Below, one piece after another: positions 11,501 through 22,900 of a stretch of 40,439 nt of DNA. How positions within the stretch are numbered: the first letter of the stretch is position 1; each line of letters opens with the position of its first letter. The stretch comes from Paraspadella gotoi (Eukaryota > Animalia > Chaetognatha): positions 1 through 40,439 of the forward strand of contig JBJCIZ010000526.1 of assembly GCA_051294375.1 (NCBI GenBank), written 5' to 3'. Made by a program: the position numbers and the translations under genes. Below the pieces are notes generated by a model, which was not told where the DNA came from, did not search any database, and saw only the letters and a list, made by a program, of their open reading frames with translations.

Positions 11501-11752
11501 GCCCGCTCTCTCACTCCCCGCCTCCGACGACCCCCTCGCCTCCGGCTTTTTGCGTTCGCCCTCATTTTTTTAGCCCGGATCGCCTCCGCGTTCGCCGTCT
11601 TGAACGCCTCGGGTCTTTTTGCTTAAAAAAATGTATATTATAGTTTTGTATTTTGATTTCCTTTTTTGAAATCAGGATCATGAATGGCGTATAATGGAAA
11701 GAAAACTTTTCAATTTGTTATCTGTTATAATAATGATTGAATAAATAAATAA
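8600..11752 (+). mobile_element. 5'-truncated non-LTR retrotransposon of the L1/Tx1 clade (ORF2: end of endonuclease, linker, RT, C-terminal CCHC), heavily frameshifted
   Basis: GYWKFNVSLL (8732), EPSLAYFSRVEK (9102), KSPG (9401), IYKKGDREDVKDYRPVSLVNVD (9568-9634), PGRKISD (~9724), LVNGH (~9945), LRQG (9990), YVDD (10130-10141), LWKTRPLSTLG (~10410), CDLCG..HIF..C (11388-11440), then an A-rich (aata)n tail at ~11739-11752. Confidence 0.93.
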
Positions 11753-12520
11753 GTTTTTATTTAAAATGTAAATGTTTTTTAACTTTTTTTAAATCTCTTT
11801 TTAACAAAAAAATATTTTAAACAAGTTTTGCAAGACATTTGACGAAGAGAGAGAGACGGAGAGAGAGAGAAGAAAAAAGCAGACGAGAGATAGATGAAAG
11901 AAGAAAAAAAAGAAATTAGAGAAAGAAAAGGATAAAGCTTCAAAAAAATTACTTAGGAAAATGAATATTATTGGAGAAAAGGACAGCCGAGAATAAGGAC
12001 AAGATATTATTCTATAATATAACTTTATTTCATTTCTTTTATTCACTCTTAATTCTCTTCTGTCCTTAAAGAATAATAAACAATTCTAAAATTTAACTTA
12101 TAAAAAATTCGTAAAAAGTAAAGCAATAAACAACATCGTACTATGAATACTTGATGTATTATATAAAACATTGTATTATAACATTTTTCTGGTAGTAAGC
12201 CAATATTTATGAATATTATTCACCAAGACATAAATTGAGAATTGGCGGGAAAAAAATACTGTCCTCAGCTTCTATAGCGTACCCTAGAAAGTAGACACCC
12301 AATAAAAGAAAATAAAAATAACCACATTTTTGAAACACAAAAAAAAATTTAAAATAAAGTTTTGTACTACTATCGTAGTGAAGTCAATAACATTTCTTGA
12401 TTCGAAGCAAGTTTTTTTTTTAACTTGAAAGTTTTAAAAGTTTTTACTCAGCCCCTTTGTGAAACTCTCCTGCAATCTCTTATCTTCTCCTCTCTCTTTC
12501 TATAACTTAATGTGTTAGAC

Positions 12521-12545
12521 NNNNNNNNNNNNNNNNNNNNNNNNN
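12521..12545. other. Assembly gap (25 N)
   Basis: Run of 25 N. Other gaps: 10 N at 15384-15393 and 25 N at 39399-39423. Confidence 1.
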
Positions 12546-12552
12546 TAGAGCA

Positions 12553-12620
12553 TTTTTGTTTTTCAAAGCTGATGAAGACTCGAACCAGCATAGTCGAAAC
12601 ATGTACTACTAACAATAAAA
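12553..12620 (+). ncRNA. Type I hammerhead ribozyme motif (minimal Penelope-like-element/retrozyme type)
   Basis: CTGATGA (12569-12575) plus an extra A; stem II GACT/AGTC (12577-80 / 12592-95) with an 11 nt loop; GAAA (12596-99); minimal palindromic stem III ACATGT; GUA cleavage triplet (12603-12605); stem I AG/CT, an internal loop, then TTGTT/AACAA; AATAAA at 12614-12619. Confidence 0.8.
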
Positions 12621-13192
12621 ATCGTTGTATTGGCACTTTAATAAATATTTCCTAATATTCACTTAGCAACGAAAAGAGAGAAAATAATACAAAGTTTTGT
12701 TATAATTTTTTATACAAAATAATGAGAAATTAATCAACGACTTTGTCATTCTTTGTCAAATTTAACTTTTTCTATATGAATCATTATCTACTAAGAGAAA
12801 GCTTTAATTTGAACCCATTCTCATAAGCCTACGATTATTTGTTCTCAAGTTATTAGTGAAAATAACTAAATTTATTGTAAAAATTTGGTAATTAGTATAT
12901 GAAAGACTTATTCATTTCTTATTTAATAAAAAACTATATAAATGTAACTTACTATTGTTTAGATCTAAAATAAACCTAATTTTAAATTTTTCTTCAACAA
13001 ATAACTACAAATAACAATGCTTGGTTGGAATCCTTTCTCTCTTTCTTTTTTCTCTTTTGCTCTCTTTCCCACTCTCCCTCTTTCTTTAAAAAAATCTGTA
13101 CAATTTTCATAACTCTGTTTTTTTATTTTTTATAGCATAATTTATCATTCAATGTTTGGATATGATGACTTATCGACAAGATTTTGGGGTGG

Positions 13193-13725
13193 GATCCTCT
13201 GATTAAAACTTGGCATATTGTGTGCCAGATCTGGCATAATTTCAGATCGTTTAGCCAGTAAAAAAATTATCTGGCATATAGCATACAATCTGGCATATTC
13301 AAAATGTAAAAAAAAATTTAAAAATTTTATTATTTATTTCTTTGATAACAATATGTTAATTCCCATTACAAATTATTGTTAAAGCAACTTTACAAGAGCA
13401 AAATACTATGGCGTCGGTTGGTTGGTTGGTCAGTTTGAATGATGTGGTTATGTGGCTCATCGCCTAAGCATTAAGAATTAATCAATTTTACAAAAAGTCT
13501 CATTTTCCCATCTTTTTTTGTTTTTTATCTGCCTAAATAATTTTTCATAGGCTCTAATAATATCAAATTTTTCTGTACTCTTGTAACAGTTTTGCATTAA
13601 ATTAGCTAAAAGATAATTTGGCATAATTATTAGCATACTAAAAAAAACTCTAGCCATTTTTAGCATAATTTAGGGCGCTATCTGGCACACGTTTTTTCTG
13701 CAGAGTTTTAACCAAGAGTAGGATC
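13193..13725. mobile_element. Non-autonomous DNA transposon (MITE) with imperfect ~40 bp terminal inverted repeats
   Basis: Left end gatcctctgattaaaacttggcatattgtgtgccagat versus right-end reverse complement gatcctactcttggttaaaactctgcagaaaaaacgtgtgccagat. Multiple subterminal T(G/A)GCATA motifs at both ends. Confidence 0.75.
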
Positions 13726-14206
13726 GATGGACAAAAAAGTGAATCATAAAGCCAAGATCTGCTATAAGCAGATCCAGCTAAAAAAAATTCTTCTTAAAAC
13801 GCAAAGAAAAAATAAATAAAATAAAATAAAACGGACAAAAAATAAAAGAAAAAGATTTAAAAATTCATATCATAGAATGACTTTTGGTTTGCACTGCTGA
13901 TTATTATTATTAAAACTATTAATCTTTAATTTAATTATATTTGGTCAGTCTTTCTATTGGTCGGTCTGTCTATCTTTTTCTTTTTTCCCTTTACCTTCTT
14001 TCGTCCCTCTTCCTCTTCATTTCCCTCTGCCCTTATTCTCCTAATTACATAATTCATTTTTTGTCAGGCAATGCACTTAGATTGCCAAAATCGACAGCTA
14101 CTACAAATGCTAAATAATACTGAAATATACTAAAACAAAACTTGACAAGCTATATTAGCCATTTTTGACTTTTCATATTAATTTAATTTATTTAATTAAA
14201 TAAATT

Positions 14207-14530
14207 ACTCTCTCTCCTTCTTCCTTCTTTTTTTCTTTCTTTCTTTTCCTTTTTTTCTGCCTTTTCTTCAGCCATACCTCTTTCTCTTTCTTTTTCTTCT
14301 CTCTCTTATCTCTCTTTATATTTTTTTCTCTCTGTCTCTTTCTCTATCTCTCTTACTCTCTCTCTCTGGCTCCTCTCTCTCTCTCTCTCTTGGTCTCTCT
14401 CTCAGGCTTCTCTCTCTCTTTGGTCTCTCTCTCTGGCTATCTTTCTCTCTTTGTCTAGCTCTCTCTCTTGCACTCTCTATTTGCGCGCTCTCTCTCTCCC
14501 ACAACTGCTTCCCTTCTCTCCCTCTCTCTT
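14207..14530. repeat. Degenerate (CT)n microsatellite / polypyrimidine tract
   Basis: Nearly pure C/T tract; accounts for the E/R-rich ORF 14316..14504. Confidence 0.95.
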
Positions 14531-14775
14531 TGAATTATATTTTTTCATTCATCTTAGCAATAATTCACATTTTTTGAAAATTGTTTTTTTCAGTTTTTTT
14601 TAAGTTGGTTTTTTTTTTATTTTTGCTTATATATATTTATATTGAATATATATACTAATTTTAAATTTAAAATTACAAAGTTCAGGAGCAAGATAACTTA
14701 TTTATTTAAAGGTTCCGCTACAACATGCATATAGGAAAAAACGACTCTTTCCAATATTGTTCAGTTGTTACTTAC

Positions 14776-14850
14776 AATATTGACTTAACTTTGTACCACA
14801 ACACAAATTAGGCCGAACGAAGGATTTGTTAGAAACATCTCCACCCGTCT
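14776..14850 (-). CDS. Candidate 75 bp exon of an unidentified gene (TGGDVSNKSFVRPNLCCGTKLSQY)
   Basis: The minus strand reads ttttattcatAG|exon|GTAAGT. Length is divisible by 3, one frame is open, and GC is higher than in the flanks. No recognisable homology. Confidence 0.25.
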
Positions 14851-15123
14851 CTATGAATAAAAGTTTACTATTTTGGCAACTTTTTTGGGAAAAAAAATTT
14901 TGTCCATTTTTGACTTTTGATTTGAATGTCGAGGAAAGTTGAGAAAAATCTTTTACTTTAGAAATCCGTTCTTTCTTATCTTCTTTACCCCTGGGTAAAT
15001 TTATTAGCTTAAATCATTTATAGTTTGCCTATGAATTAATTTTAAAGTGAACAAGTCAAAAAGTTGCAGATTCAGTCTTTATCATAATTTGTTAAACAAA
15101 AATTAATCAAATTCGTTGAAATT

Positions 15124-15383
15124 AGGGTGAGAGAATGAAAGAGAAGGTGAAAGGCAAAAAAACGAAGGCAAATGGGGAAAAAATAGTGAAACAATTGTAA
15201 GGTGAGAAAAGAGGGAAAAAATGGAAAGAAAAAGAGGGAGAAAAAGAGGGGAAAAAATGGGAAAAAAAAGGGAAAAGAAAGGGAAAGAATGAAGATGAGA
15301 AAAAAAGGTGAGGAAAGTGCATGAGTGGCAGAAAAAGGTAGGGGCCGAAAAAATGGTAAGTGAAAGTGTGAGAAGTAAGGGAG
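15124..15383. repeat. Purine-rich (G/A) low-complexity tract
   Basis: gggaaaaaa-type iterations; produces the F/S/P-rich minus-strand ORFs. Confidence 0.85.
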
Positions 15384-16011
15384 NNNNNNNNNNTGAAAAC
15401 AAAATTTCCAGTTATATTTTGAAAACAATCATATTAGAGAATACTAATTACACTTTGCATGCAGTCAAAAATTTTCACAATCCTGTTCAGTTTCTAGTAT
15501 AATTTTAAGTGCTTAAAACGATTAACAAGGTGTCCTCAATCAGATTTTGCGTTAGACCCACGCACAATTGACCAAAAGTTGACGTTGACTACAACATGGA
15601 ATTTTTCTCTTTTCTTTAATTGCAAGATAAGAAAATCGTTTTTTAAAAAAAATAATTGCCTAAATTTTAAGTTACTCTCATTATTTAAGGCCTGGGATCA
15701 TTCAAAAAAGAATTGCATAAAGCTTTGTACAATCTGTTATTATGCCAAAGGAAGTGTATTCCCTTCACGTTTCAAAAAAAAAAATCTAAATTTGATTGAG
15801 GTTCAACTTCAAGAGGCAACTAAAAATCGGGCAATTTTTTTTATCAGTAAACCTTAAAAATTTCATCTAATACAGTAAACTCATTTTTAAAGGCAAATTT
15901 TTTTTTCAATTAACAGCACCTACCTCAGTGTAATACGAGCAACGAAAACCAAGTCATTCCAATTATGTTATAGAATCAATTAATGATGAAAACATAAATG
16001 TTTATGTAGAG

Positions 16012-16934
16012 NNNNNNNNNNNNNNNNNNNNNNNNNNNNNNNNNNNNNNNNNNNNNNNNNNNNNNNNNNNNNNNNNNNNNNNNNNNNNNNNNNNNNNNNN
16101 NNNNNNNNNNNNNNNNNNNNNNNNNNNNNNNNNNNNNNNNNNNNNNNNNNNNNNNNNNNNNNNNNNNNNNNNNNNNNNNNNNNNNNNNNNNNNNNNNNNN
16201 NNNNNNNNNNNNNNNNNNNNNNNNNNNNNNNNNNNNNNNNNNNNNNNNNNNNNNNNNNNNNNNNNNNNNNNNNNNNNNNNNNNNNNNNNNNNNNNNNNNN
16301 NNNNNNNNNNNNNNNNNNNNNNNNNNNNNNNNNNNNNNNNNNNNNNNNNNNNNNNNNNNNNNNNNNNNNNNNNNNNNNNNNNNNNNNNNNNNNNNNNNNN
16401 NNNNNNNNNNNNNNNNNNNNNNNNNNNNNNNNNNNNNNNNNNNNNNNNNNNNNNNNNNNNNNNNNNNNNNNNNNNNNNNNNNNNNNNNNNNNNNNNNNNN
16501 NNNNNNNNNNNNNNNNNNNNNNNNNNNNNNNNNNNNNNNNNNNNNNNNNNNNNNNNNNNNNNNNNNNNNNNNNNNNNNNNNNNNNNNNNNNNNNNNNNNN
16601 NNNNNNNNNNNNNNNNNNNNNNNNNNNNNNNNNNNNNNNNNNNNNNNNNNNNNNNNNNNNNNNNNNNNNNNNNNNNNNNNNNNNNNNNNNNNNNNNNNNN
16701 NNNNNNNNNNNNNNNNNNNNNNNNNNNNNNNNNNNNNNNNNNNNNNNNNNNNNNNNNNNNNNNNNNNNNNNNNNNNNNNNNNNNNNNNNNNNNNNNNNNN
16801 NNNNNNNNNNNNNNNNNNNNNNNNNNNNNNNNNNNNNNNNNNNNNNNNNNNNNNNNNNNNNNNNNNNNNNNNNNNNNNNNNNNNNNNNNNNNNNNNNNNN
16901 NNNNNNNNNNNNNNNNNNNNNNNNNNNNNNNNNN
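16012..16934. other. Assembly gap (923 N)
   Basis: Run of N; ORF 15976..16992 is an artefact of it. Confidence 1.
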
Positions 16935-17060
16935 CGAATCTATAGGGAAAGGAAAAACCGAAAATTAAAGGGGATAAGGTTAAATAAGTCAAAATCGTAT
17001 AAAGGGCGAGCGTCGTCGTTAGAACGAGATGCTCAAGCCGTCATAATCTTTGGCTGAAGG

Positions 17061-17335
17061 GATAACAACTTTAAAAACAAAGAAAAAACGCTTTTCCAAT
17101 GTAAAAAGAGATAAAAAAATTTCTAAAAAGACCGGGAAAACGATGATATTTCAAAGAAAAAAGAAATAAAAACGTTAAATCTTCTGGCAAATAACATCAT
17201 CGAGGTTGTAAATGGTGAGACAGTTATTAAATTATCTTTTTATCAAAACAAACCCAAATTTCCTCTCTTTTATTTTATGTCTCCTTCTCTCTCTCTTTTC
17301 TCTTTAATTTTATGTAGCTTTCTCTCCACTCTCAA
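17061..17335 (+). repeat. Partial (3' half) monomer of the ~520 bp satellite, left of the insert
   Basis: gataacaactttaaaaacaaag...aacatcatcgaggttg...tatgtagctttctctccactctcaa matches the array at 19994-39310. Confidence 0.95.
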
Positions 17336-19993
17336 TGATGACGCGGTTTCCGTCAGTTGCTCACCTTCGAGAGTATATAACGCAGATTTGTGAGGTCTTA
17401 GAGATCAAGAACTAGAGGTAAGCAAGCAAGATTCGTTAACGATAGAAACAACTAGATGATTCTCTCAGGTAAGGCTCGCCTAGCCAATAATCAATATGAA
17501 CCAAGATAACCATATAAAACTCTATAAGACGAACCCTAAAAACAAACCCCATGAATAGATTACCCGACGATGGCCACTATCATTAATGCGATCTGTTATG
17601 AATAGAATCATGATTAATCAAAGCAATAAATAACAATAAACTGTATTGTGTATGTAACTTATTTAAGGTTATCAATAGGGTAAGTGATTACACGTCGAGC
17701 TAAGTCAGGGGGTCCGATTCCGCCAGGGAGTTATCTAGCACTCTCCCATTACTGTACCACAAGAAGTAGAACAGGCTCTGACGCAGATAAACGAAGACGT
17801 TTTTGATTGAAAAAGGTAAGGGACTGCCTAAGGACTTATTAGGGGGATATTGGGGTGCCGCCACAAAACTGCGCAAGGCGACTTACAGGCCATGTGACGG
17901 AAGTCGTGCCCACGTGAGGAATAGACAGCAAAGCACGTTCTACCGTGCGACTTCAAAAAGACAGCAGATGATATCGAGCCAACAGTCTAGAACTCAACTC
18001 TTCCGGTTGGTTTGGCGAATCAAGTGAGAACACGTAGCCAAGCGTCGCAGGTTACCCAGGCATAGGCTCAGCCGGAAAAGGGCTACCAAAGGTGAGGATG
18101 ACTGTTTCGTGGAGGGGATGGATCAACAGAACAGATGGCAAAGCGCATCAACTTAAATCCGCTAAAAGACTCCAGATTGACCGATAGGCATCTTGCAGAT
18201 AAAAAAAATGATGAAAAAGAAACCGTTGTCTTTCACAGACTGTTCAAAACCCCATAAGAATGGGCCATTAAATTGAAACAGAGCTGCTGATGGGAATTTA
18301 TGGTGGGTACCTCCTCGGATACCTCAGAAATCAACCTGACCAGACTTAGGGTGACGAAAGATCCACACCAAACAAGGTGAGGACGGCGGGAGGGGGGATA
18401 TACCCGGGATTCTGACACAAAAGTGAACTGGACGATCACCAGTGATGAGCGGGGTTTCCGTTCGTTGCTCACCCTTCTGAGAGTATTCTACTAAACGCAG
18501 GCATTAGTGAGTCTTTACGAGATCAAGAACTAGAGGTAAGCAAAGGCGAGCATCGCGTTAACGATAGGAAACAACAATGATCTCTCAGGTAAGCTCGGCC
18601 TAGCACAAATCAGAATGGGAACAATTATAACCATTTAAACTCTATAGACGAAACCCTATAAACAAACCCCATGAATAACCCCGACGAATGGCCAACTATC
18701 ATTAATGCGATTCTGTATGAGGAATAGAATCATGCATTAATCAAAGCAATGATAAATAACAATTTAAACTGTATTGTTTGTATTGTAACTGTATTGTAAG
18801 GTGTATTCAATAGGCTAAGTTGATTACACGTCGAGCTAGTCAGGGGGTCACGATCCTGCCAGGAGCTGATTTCTAGCACTCTCCATCACTTGTACCCCAA
18901 GAAGTTAAGAACAGGCTTGGACGCAGAATAACGAAGACGTTTGATTGAAAAAGTAGGACTGCCTAGGACTTAATTAGGGGGGGATATTGGGGTGCGCCAC
19001 AAAATGCCGCAGAGGCGGCTTACGGCCATGGTGACGAGTCGTTGACCACGTGAGGATAGACAGCAAAGCACGTTTCTACCTCCGACTTCAAAAGACAGCA
19101 GATGATATGAGCCAACAGTAGAACTCAAGCTCTTCCGGTTGGTCGATTCAAGTGAGAAACACGATAGCCAAGCGTCGCAGGTTACCCAGTCATTAGCATC
19201 AGCCGAAACGAGCTACCAAAGGTTTAATGACTGTTCGTTGATGGATCAACAGGAACCCAGCATGATTCAAAAGCCGCTCAACTTTAAGAATCGCCTTTAA
19301 AAGCACTCCAGATTTGACGATTAGCGGCAATCATGCCAGATAAAAAAAAAATGATGAAAAGACCGGTTTGTCTTCACAGACTGTTCAAAAAACCCCATAG
19401 GAGAGGCCTATTAAATTGAACAGAGCTGCCTGATGGAATTTATGGTGGGTACCGCCTCGGAAGTGGCCTCAGAATCACGGGACAGGACTAGGGTGACGAA
19501 GCATCCACACCAAACAAGGTAGACGAGGGGGGGGGGGGATTACCCGGGATTCTGACACAAAAAGACTGGACGATGCACCCAGTGATGAGGCGGGGTTTCG
19601 TCAGTTGCTCACCCTTTGAGAGTATCTATAACGCAGATGGAGTGAGTTTAAGAGATCAAACTAGAGTAAGCAAAGGCAAGCATCGTTAACGATAGAAACA
19701 ACAATGATCTCTCAGGTAAGCTCGGCCTAGCCACTAATCAATAAACAATATAAACCATTGATAAAACTCTATAGACGAACCCTATAAAAAAAAAACCCAT
19801 GAATAAAAACCCCGACGATGGCCAACTATCATTAATGCGATCTGTATTGAAATAGAATCATGATTATTCAAAGCAATGAATAACAATGAAACTGTTATTG
19901 TTTTTAGACAAACATCGAGTGTTTGTATATTTTTAAACACATTACAAAGCGAAATAAGAACGACGATCATGACGGAGAGTTTATTGTCCAACA
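17336..19993 (+). mobile_element. 2.66 kb LTR-retroelement-derived insert in the satellite: 2.3 tandem copies of a ~1.12 kb unit, probably a BEL/Pao pol 3' end plus PPT plus LTR
   Basis: Units start with tgatga at 17336, 18443 and 19583. Ends are TG...AACA with TCAA on both sides. G-rich PPT-like tracts at 18388-18398 and 19525-19539. Across frameshifts the unit reads EDV/LIEKVGLPRT..ILGCATKCRRG..DHVR..KLFRL, resembling the BEL/Pao post-integrase domain (DUF5641-like). The tandem structure is certain; the family call is tentative. Confidence 0.65.
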
Positions 19994-22900
19994 TCAAAAG
20001 ATAAAAACGTTATATACACCATGGAAAACGACTTTTTTCTCTGCTAAAAAGATATGAAAACCTTTTAAAAATAACAGAAAACGATTTGTTCAATGTAAAA
20101 GAAAATAAAAACTTTAAAAAAAAACGGCCAAACGTTTTTTTCCATGTTAAAAAAATATAAAAAAACATGTAAACGACTTTTTCTAATAGTAAAAGAAAAA
20201 AAAACTGATGAAAACGTTTAAATACAGCGGCAGACGATATTTCCAAAGAGATAACAACTTTAAAAACTAAAGAAAAACGCTTGTTTCCAATGTAAAAAGG
20301 AGATTAAAAAATTTTCTAAAACACCGGAAAACGATATTTTCAAAGAAAAAGAAATAAAAACGTTAAAATACTTCTGCAATAACTTCATCGAGGTTGTTAA
20401 AATTGGTTGAGGACAGTTATTAAATTATCTTTTTATTCAAAACAAACAAAATTTCTCTTCTTTTATTTTATGTCTCCTTCTCTCTTTCTTTTCTCTTTAA
20501 TTTTATTGTAGGCTTTCTCTCACTCTCAATAGATAAAAAACGTTAATTACACCAGAAAAGACTTTTTCTCTGCTAAAAAAAAATATGAAACTTTAAAAAA
20601 TAACAGAAAACGGAATTATTTCCATGTAAAAAGAAAATAAAACTTAAAAAAAAAAAACGGGCAACGTTTTCTTCCAATGTAAAAAAGAGTTAAAAACACC
20701 GATAAAACGACTTTTCTAAAGGTAAAAAGTAATTAAAAACGTTTAAAATACACCGGCACGACGACATTTTCCAAAGAGACCAAATAGAGATTAAACAAAC
20801 TTTAAAAACAAAGAAAAACGCTTAATTTCCAATGTAAAAGAGATAAAAAATTTCTAAAACACCGGAAAACGATATTTTCAAAGAAAAAAGAAATAAAAAA
20901 CGTTAAATACTTCTGCAAATAACATTCATCGAGGTTGTTAAAATTGGGTGAGACAGTTATTAAATATCTTTTTATTCAAAACAAACCAATTTCCTCTCTT
21001 TTATTTTTATGTCTCCTTCTCTCCTCTTTTCTCTTTTTAATTTATTAGCTTTCTCTCACTCTCAAAGATAAAAACGTTAAATACACAGGGAAAACGACTT
21101 TTTATCTGCCTAAAGATATGAAAACTAATTTAAAAATAACAGAAAACGATTTTTTCCAATGTAAAAAGAAATAAAAACTTAAAAAAAACGGCAAACGTTT
21201 TTTTCAATGTAAAAAGATGTTAACAAACACCGTAAAAACGACTTTTCTAAAGGTTAAAAAGTGTAAAAAACGTTAAATACAAAGCGGCAGGACAGACGAT
21301 ATTTCCAAAGAGATAACAACTTTAAAAACAAAGAAAAAACGCTTTTTCCAATGTTAAAAAGAGATAAAAAATTTCTAAAACACCGGAAACGAATATTTTC
21401 AAAGAAAAAAGAAATAAAAACGTTAAATTACTTTGCAAATAACATCATCGAGGTTGGTTTAAAAATTGGAGTGAGGACAGTTATTAAATATCTTTTTATC
21501 AAAACAAACAATTTTCCTCTCTTTTTATTTTTATTGTCTCCTTCTCTCTCTCTTTTCTCTTTAATTTTATGTAGCTTTCTCTCACTCTCAAAAGATAAAA
21601 ACGTTAAATACACCAGAAAAAGACTTTTTCTCTGTAAAGATATTGAAAACTTAAAAAATAACAGAAACGATTTTTTTCAATGTAAAAAGAAAAAAAACTT
21701 CAAAAAAAAACGGGGCAACGTTTTTCCAATGTAAAAAAATATAAAAAAAACACCATAAACGACTTTTCTAAAGTAAAAGTGATAAAAAACGTTTAATACA
21801 GCGGCAGACGATATTTCCAAAGAGATACAAACTTTTTAAAAAACAAAGATAAACGCTTTTCCAATGTAAAAAAGATAAAAAATTTCTAAAAACACCGGGA
21901 AAAACGATATTTGCAAAGAAAAAAAGAAAAAAAAACGTTAAATACTACTGCAAATAACATCATCGAGGTTGTTAAATTGGTGAGCACAGTTATTAAATAT
22001 CTTTTTTATCAAAACAAAAATTTCTCTCTTTTATTTTATGTTTCTTCTCTCTCTCTTTTCTCTTTAATTTAAGTAGCTTTCTCTCCACTCTCAATTAGAT
22101 AAAACCGTTAATTACACCAGAAACGACCTTTTCTCGCTAAAAAGATATGAAAACTTTAAAAATAACAGAAAAACGACTTTTTTCAATGTAAAAGAAATAA
22201 AAACTTTTAAAAAAAACGGCAACGTTTTTTCCCAATGGTAAAAAAAGTATAAAAAAACACGAATAACGACTTTTCTTAAAGTTAAAAAGTGATTAAAAAC
22301 GTTAAATACAGCGAGCAGACGATATTTCCAAGAGATAACAACTTTAAAAAAAAGAAAAACGCTTTCCAATGTAAAAAGAGATTTTAAAAAAATTTCTAAA
22401 AACACCGGAAAACGATATTTTTCAAAAGAAAAGAAATAAAAACGTTAAATACTTCTGACAAATTAACATCATCGATGTTAGTTAAATTGGGTGAGGACAG
22501 TTATTAAATATTCTTTTTATCAAAACAAACAAATTTCCTTTTCTTTTATTTTTATTGGTCTCCTTCTCTCTCTCTTTCTCTTTAATTTTATGTTAGCTTT
22601 CTTCACTCTCAATTAGATTAAAACGTTAAATACACATCAGAAACGACTTCTTTCTCTGTTGTTTAAAAAAGATTAGAAAACTTAAAAAAAAACAGAAAAA
22701 CGATTTTTCAAGTAAAAAGAAATAAAAACTTTTAAAAAAAAAACGGCAAACGTTTTTCCAATGTAAAAAGAGTTAAAAACACCGGATTAAAGACTTTTCT
22801 AAAGTAAAAAAGTAAATAAAAATGTTAAATCACACGGGCAGACGTATTTCCCAAAGAGATAACGAACTTTTAAAAACAAAGAAAAAACGCTTTTCCAATG

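Noticed and set aside
15976-16992. 338 aa ORF
   Set aside because: Almost entirely N gap.
18442-18480. Box C (GTGATGA) ... box D (CTGA) snoRNA, or a hammerhead in the 1.1 kb unit
   Set aside because: Too short for a snoRNA, CTGA is absent from the other two copies, and no GAAA follows the hairpin.
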